Positions 59,785 through 64,000 of a stretch of DNA of 64,000 bases are shown piece by piece. Position numbers and translations under genes: made by a program. The notes under the pieces are model-generated. The model ran no database searches, was not told the origin of the DNA, and worked only from the letters and a program-made list of their open reading frames with translations. The stretch is taken from assembly GCA_964410915.1 (NCBI GenBank), contig CAYPIU010000001.1, positions 84,917 through 148,916 of the forward strand, written 5' to 3'. This DNA is from an uncultured Synergistales bacterium. GTDB lineage: Bacteria > Synergistota > Synergistia > Synergistales > JAFGMB01. Each line of letters starts with the position of its first letter. Within the stretch, counting starts at the first letter, position 1.

Positions 59785-61578
59785 GTGGCCACGGAAAAAA
59801 TCGTAAAAGGTTACATTGAAAGGATCTCCGGACCGCTTGTTGTCGCCAAGGGTATGCGTGGTGCGAGTATGTACGACGTCGTTCGAGTTGGAGAACTGAA
59901 TCTGGTTGGCGAAATCATAGAACTCCGCGAAGATACGGCATCTATTCAGACATACGAGGAAACTTCAGGGCTTAAACCTGGGGAACCTGTAGAAAGCACA
60001 GGAGCGCCCTTGAGCGTTGAACTTGGTCCCGGGATGCTAGAGCAGTTTTACGATGGCATTCAAAGACCCCTGGCATTAATAGAGGAAACGGCTAATAGTC
60101 ACTTTATTTCAAGGGGTATCAATGTCCCTGCTATTGACAGAAAGAAAAAATGGGAATTCAAACCAACTGTCAAAAAAGGGGATAAGGTTCAGCCCGGAGA
60201 TGTTCTGGGAGTTATCCAGGAAACTGTACTTGTGGAACACAGGATCCTGGTTCCTCTCGGCATTGAGGGTAAGGTCAGTGAGATCAAATCAGGTAAGTTC
60301 ACAGTTGAAGAAACTGTTGCGGTTCTTGAAACAAACGATGGAAAACATGATATATGCATGTTGAGGAAATGGCCGGTCAGAAAATCACGTCCTGTTGCAA
60401 AACGTCTACCACCGGTTATTCCCCTGACTACCGGACAAAGAGTTGTTGATACATTTTTTCCGATAGCTATGGGAGGGACAGCATGTGTACCGGGTCCTTT
60501 CGGTTCTGGTAAGACAGTCATACAACATCAGCTGGCCAAATGGGCTCAGGCAGAGATCGTTGTCTATGTTGGCTGTGGAGAACGAGGAAATGAGATGACT
60601 GATGTTCTCCTTGAATTCCCTGAACTGGAAGACCCCAAGTCAGGGCATCCTCTCATGAAGAGAACAGTTCTTATTGCGAATACTTCCAATATGCCTGTTG
60701 CAGCCAGGGAAGCCAGTATCTATACTGCTATTACCATGGCTGAGTATTACAGGGATATGGGATATTCAGTTGCCTTGATGGCAGACTCTACAAGTCGTTG
60801 GGCTGAAGCATTGAGAGAAATGTCAGGAAGGCTCGAGGAAATGCCTGGAGAAGAAGGCTACCCTGCATATCTCGGTACAAGACTTGCTTCATTCTACGAA
60901 AGAGCAGGTAGAGTTCTATGTCTCGGAAAAGATAAAAAAGAAGCTTCTGTTACTGCCATTGGAGCAGTATCACCTCCAGGCGGTGACTTGTCAGAACCTG
61001 TAAGTCAGAATACTCTCCGCGTAACTAAAGTTTTCTGGGGTCTTGATGCCAACCTTGCATATCAAAGACATTTCCCCGCAATTAACTGGCTTTCAAGCTA
61101 TTCTCTCTATACAAACAAGCTTGACGAGTATTGGGACAGTCAGTTTGATGACGAGTGGACCGAGCTTCGTGTCAATGCAATGTCATTGCTTGAGGAAGAA
61201 GATAACCTCAAGGAAATTGTAAGGCTGGTTGGTATTGACGCACTGTCAAAACCGGAAAGAATGGTTATGGAAACGGCAAAGTCGCTTAGAGAGGACTTCC
61301 TTCACCAAAATGCATTCCATGAGATAGATACATACGCTTCCATGGAAAAACAGTTCAAGATGTTGAGAATTATCATGCGTTTCCATGAACTCGCAATGGA
61401 TGCTCTTAAACAGGGAGCAGCTATGAATGAAGTATTTACACTTTCTGTCAGGGTGGACATTGCCAAAATGAGATATATGGAAGAGAAAGACATCGATACC
61501 ATCGATCAGATAGAAGAAAAGATAAAATCTGAAATAAGTGATCTGGTATCCGTGGGGGTCGATACTGATGTTGCCTAA
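59785..61578 (+). CDS. ntpA: V-type ATPase catalytic subunit A
   Basis: Walker A GPFGSGKT, a non-homologous-region insertion, and [16 protein letters not shown] start after GGAGG. Confidence 0.95.
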   Translation: MATEKIVKGYIERISGPLVVAKGMRGASMYDVVRVGELNLVGEIIELREDTASIQTYEETSGLKPGEPVESTGAPLSVELGPGMLEQFYDGIQRPLALIEETANSHFISRGINVPAIDRKKKWEFKPTVKKGDKVQPGDVLGVIQETVLVEHRILVPLGIEGKVSEIKSGKFTVEETVAVLETNDGKHDICMLRKWPVRKSRPVAKRLPPVIPLTTGQRVVDTFFPIAMGGTACVPGPFGSGKTVIQHQLAKWAQAEIVVYVGCGERGNEMTDVLLEFPELEDPKSGHPLMKRTVLIANTSNMPVAAREASIYTAITMAEYYRDMGYSVALMADSTSRWAEALREMSGRLEEMPGEEGYPAYLGTRLASFYERAGRVLCLGKDKKEASVTAIGAVSPPGGDLSEPVSQNTLRVTKVFWGLDANLAYQRHFPAINWLSSYSLYTNKLDEYWDSQFDDEWTELRVNAMSLLEEEDNLKEIVRLVGIDALSKPERMVMETAKSLREDFLHQNAFHEIDTYASMEKQFKMLRIIMRFHELAMDALKQGAAMNEVFTLSVRVDIAKMRYMEEKDIDTIDQIEEKIKSEISDLVSVGVDTDVA

Positions 61579-63013
61579 AGAGTATAGAACTATCTCAGAT
61601 CTTTCGGGCCCGCTGATTGTAGTTAAGAAGACTAAGGATGTTAGTTATGATGAACTCGTTGATATAGAGCTATCCTCCGGGGAGACCCGTAGAGGAAGGG
61701 TTCTTGAGATCTCTTCTGACGAGGCTCTGGTTCAGGTTTTTGAAGGGACAGACAATATTGATGTTGACTCTACAAAGATCCGATTCCTGGGTAAGGTCCT
61801 TACACTTCCTGTAAGCAGTGATATGCTTGGCCGTGTTTTTAACGGCAGAGGTGAACCCATTGATGGTGGAACACCGGTAATCCCTGAAGATAGAGTTGAT
61901 ATTAATGGTTTGCCAATGAATCCATATTCCCGGGATTTCCCTTCTGAGTTCATACAGACGGGAGTCTCGACTATCGATGGTATGAATCCCATGGTCAGAG
62001 GCCAGAAGCTTCCAATCTTTTCTGGCAGCGGACTTCCGCATAACAGGATGGCTGCTCAGATAGCACGTCAGGCTGCTGTTATAAGTGGACATGAGGATTT
62101 TGCAGTTGTCTTTGCTGCAATGGGCATTACGTTCGAAGAAGCTTCCTTCTTCATGGAAGATTTCCGTAAAACAGGAGCTATCCAGAGAACTGTTATGTAT
62201 GTTAATCTTGCAGATGACCCTGCAATCGAAAGGATAACAACGCCTCGCCTTGCTCTTACTGCGGCTGAATATCTTGCCTTTGAAAAGGATATGCATGTTG
62301 TTGTTATTCTTACTGACCTCACAAACTATTGTGAAGCATTGAGAGAGATCTCTGCAGCACGTAAAGAGGTCCCAGGTCGTCGTGGATATCCCGGTTATCT
62401 TTATACAGACCTTGCAACAATGTATGAACGTGCCGGGCGTCTTAAAGGCAAAAAGGGCTCAATAACACAGATACCAATTCTGACAATGCCTGAAGATGAT
62501 AAAACACATCCTATTCCTGACCTTACTGGTTATATCACAGAAGGCCAGATAATCCTTAACAGGGGTCTTCACAGGAGAGGGATCTATCCTCCTGTTGACG
62601 TCCTGCCATCTCTTTCCCGACTCAAAGATAAAGGTATTGGTAAAGGAAAGACCCGTGAAGATCATGCAGACCTTATGAATCAGCTCTTTGCAGCTTATGC
62701 CAGGGGTAAAGAAGCGAAAGAACTTGCGGTAATACTTGGTGAAGGAGCATTGACTGAGGAAGACAAAGCTTTTGCCAGGTTTGCAGATGATTTTGAGGAT
62801 CGCTATGTCAGACAGGATGAATACGAAAATCGTTCTTACGAGGAAACTCTTTCAAAGGGCTGGGAACTTCTGACAATGATACCTGTTACAGAGTTAAAAC
62901 GAATAAGAGATGCTTATGTTGAGAAATATCTCAATCCGCTACTTGAAGAAAAAGCTAAGGAAACAGAAGAAGAGGTTACTGAGGAAGTCAGCGAAGAAGT
63001 AACTTCGGAATAG
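61568..63013 (+). CDS. ntpB: V-type ATPase subunit B (with a short acidic C-terminal tail)
   Basis: [23 protein letters not shown] and [15 protein letters not shown] motifs. Overlaps ntpA by 11 nt. The tail is [22 protein letters not shown]. Confidence 0.95.
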   Translation: MLPKEYRTISDLSGPLIVVKKTKDVSYDELVDIELSSGETRRGRVLEISSDEALVQVFEGTDNIDVDSTKIRFLGKVLTLPVSSDMLGRVFNGRGEPIDGGTPVIPEDRVDINGLPMNPYSRDFPSEFIQTGVSTIDGMNPMVRGQKLPIFSGSGLPHNRMAAQIARQAAVISGHEDFAVVFAAMGITFEEASFFMEDFRKTGAIQRTVMYVNLADDPAIERITTPRLALTAAEYLAFEKDMHVVVILTDLTNYCEALREISAARKEVPGRRGYPGYLYTDLATMYERAGRLKGKKGSITQIPILTMPEDDKTHPIPDLTGYITEGQIILNRGLHRRGIYPPVDVLPSLSRLKDKGIGKGKTREDHADLMNQLFAAYARGKEAKELAVILGEGALTEEDKAFARFADDFEDRYVRQDEYENRSYEETLSKGWELLTMIPVTELKRIRDAYVEKYLNPLLEEKAKETEEEVTEEVSEEVTSE

Positions 63014-63026
63014 AGGGGAATTTTTC

Positions 63027-63650
63027 ATGGCAAAAATGAATGTAAACCCCAATAGAATGGAGTTATCAAGGCTCAAAAAAAGGCTTACTGTAGCTAAAAG
63101 AGGGCACAAACTATTGAAAGATAAACAGGACGCCCTTATAAAAGCCTTTCTGGAGAGAGCGAAAGAAGCTAAAGTTTTGAGGGAAGATCTGGAAAAAGAG
63201 CTTATGGAGTGCTACAGCAGTTTTCTTCTTGCCCGTGCACAGACGCTTCCGGCAATGCTTGAACAGGCTCTTATGATATCTGGAACAAAATGCGATCTTG
63301 GAGTTTCATCCCAGAACGTAATGAGTGTAGTTGTTCCAGAGTATTCGGTAGTTCAGGAAGGATCCCCTTTAAACTATGGACTTGCCACTTCTTTGGGCAG
63401 TCTGGATGTTGCACTTGAGCTTTTCTCCAAACTATTGCCAAAGCTCATAGAGCTTGCAGCTAAAGAAAAAGCTATCAAACTTATGGCTACAGAGATCGAA
63501 AAGACCCGTAGACGTGTTAACGCTCTTGAACATGTTATGATTCCTTCCTTTTCTGAAACTATCAAGTACATAACTATGAAACTTGACGAGCAGGAAAGAT
63601 CAAATCTAAGCAGATTAATGAAGATCAAGGAAATAGTAAGGTCTCATTAA
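63027..63650 (+). CDS. ntpD: V-type ATPase subunit D
   Basis: 207 aa. NPNRMELSRLKKRL...RRVNALE is the subunit D pattern. Confidence 0.9.
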   Translation: MAKMNVNPNRMELSRLKKRLTVAKRGHKLLKDKQDALIKAFLERAKEAKVLREDLEKELMECYSSFLLARAQTLPAMLEQALMISGTKCDLGVSSQNVMSVVVPEYSVVQEGSPLNYGLATSLGSLDVALELFSKLLPKLIELAAKEKAIKLMATEIEKTRRRVNALEHVMIPSFSETIKYITMKLDEQERSNLSRLMKIKEIVRSH

Positions 63651-63694
63651 GAGCATTACTGCTTAAACGCAGAATGCGGCATTTGCAAAAAATT

Positions 63695-63730
63695 AGAAGG
63701 GGCCGGAATTTGTGTTTTCCGGCCCCTTCT
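63695..63730 (+). terminator. terminator hairpin after the V-ATPase operon
   Basis: AGAAGGGGCCGGAA - 8-nt loop - TTCCGGCCCCTTCT: a perfect 14-bp stem. Confidence 0.6.
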
Positions 63731-63753
63731 ATAGTGATTTTCTGTTTGAATGG

Positions 63754-63762
63754 TGGTAAAAT
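63754..63762 (+). promoter_or_regulatory. possible extended -10 element for rnpB
   Basis: TGgTAAAAT. No convincing -35 element. Confidence 0.3.
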
Positions 63763-63765
63763 TCC

Positions 63766-64000
63766 GCTGGGAGTATTTGACATGACCGCTTCTTTTTTGA
63801 AGAGGAAAGTCCGGGCTCCAAAGGGCAGGACGCTGGGTAACACCCAGTTGGTGTGAACCAAAGGAAAGTGCCACAGAAATATACCGCCTTTTCCTGAAGG
63901 AAAGGGTAAGGGTGAAAAGGTGGGGTAAGAGCCCACCGGCTTCCAGGTGACTGGATAGTCAGGTAAACCCCGTCCGGAGCAAGACCGAATAGGGGAGGTT
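63766..64000 (+). ncRNA. rnpB: RNase P RNA, bacterial type A (5' portion; 3' end beyond the window; 5' end approximate)
   Basis: Universally conserved GAGGAAAGTCCGGGCTCC (P4), then ...GGGCAGGACGCTGGGTAACACCCAG..., AGTGCCACAGAAA, GGGTAAGGGTGAAAAGGTGGGGTAAGAGCCCACC, and GTAAACCCC blocks in the expected order. Confidence 0.9.

Noticed and set aside
63625-63936. Minus-strand ORFs of 103 and 72 aa, plus a 60-aa plus-strand ORF, downstream of ntpD.
   Set aside because: They overlap the operon terminator and the RNase P RNA gene, whose conserved blocks (GAGGAAAGTCCGGGCTCC and others) explain the sequence.

Overview
This 64-kb window is a dense stretch of bacterial core chromosome, roughly 40% GC by eye. 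The taxon cannot be assigned from sequence alone. FabK, a V-type ATPase, KorDABC, a tungsten-type AOR, lysine 6-aminotransferase and a selenoprotein SelD suggest an anaerobic amino-acid or 2-oxoacid fermenter.

Gene order: fabK-fabD-fabG-acpP-fabF, rnc, pyrF-pyrE, an exported hypothetical, selD, birA, prfB, an S55-like peptidase, tmk-holB-ricT, ftsY, DUF4416, purB, glpX, csp, hypF, cobO, a P-type ATPase, mnmA, a LonC-like protease, an nth-like glycosylase, yerC, a hisC-like gene, tRNA-Leu/fMet/Met, tilS-hpt-ftsH, uvrB-uvrA, rlmB, proC, AOR, a citG-like gene, lat, tRNA-Val, acpS-nnr-tsaE-tsaB, korDABC, rlmD, tRNA-Gly, a nine-gene V-type ATPase operon, and the 5' part of RNase P RNA.

I found no CRISPR array, transposase, integrase, prophage, or recognisable defence or toxin genes. 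I cannot support a claim of a novel multi-gene system here.

The points worth a second look mostly concern translation or gene integrity:
1. selD is a selenoprotein gene. It has an in-frame UGA followed by a hairpin, so the ORF track truncates it.
2. prfB carries the classic CTT TGA C +1 frameshift site.
3. Three conserved genes (selD, nnr, an exported protein) have N-termini that extend upstream of every ATG/GTG/TTG. Each has an ATC or ATT codon 6-7 nt after a Shine-Dalgarno sequence.
4. The P-type ATPase frame breaks inside a T7 run that also fits a slippery heptamer. The same gene has a degenerate GDGxNDxP hinge motif.
5. A LonC-like protease has a Walker-A Lys replaced by Arg.
6. The V-ATPase K subunit carries what looks like an Enterococcus-type Na+-binding signature.

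All family calls come from motifs read in the translations. No database search was run.
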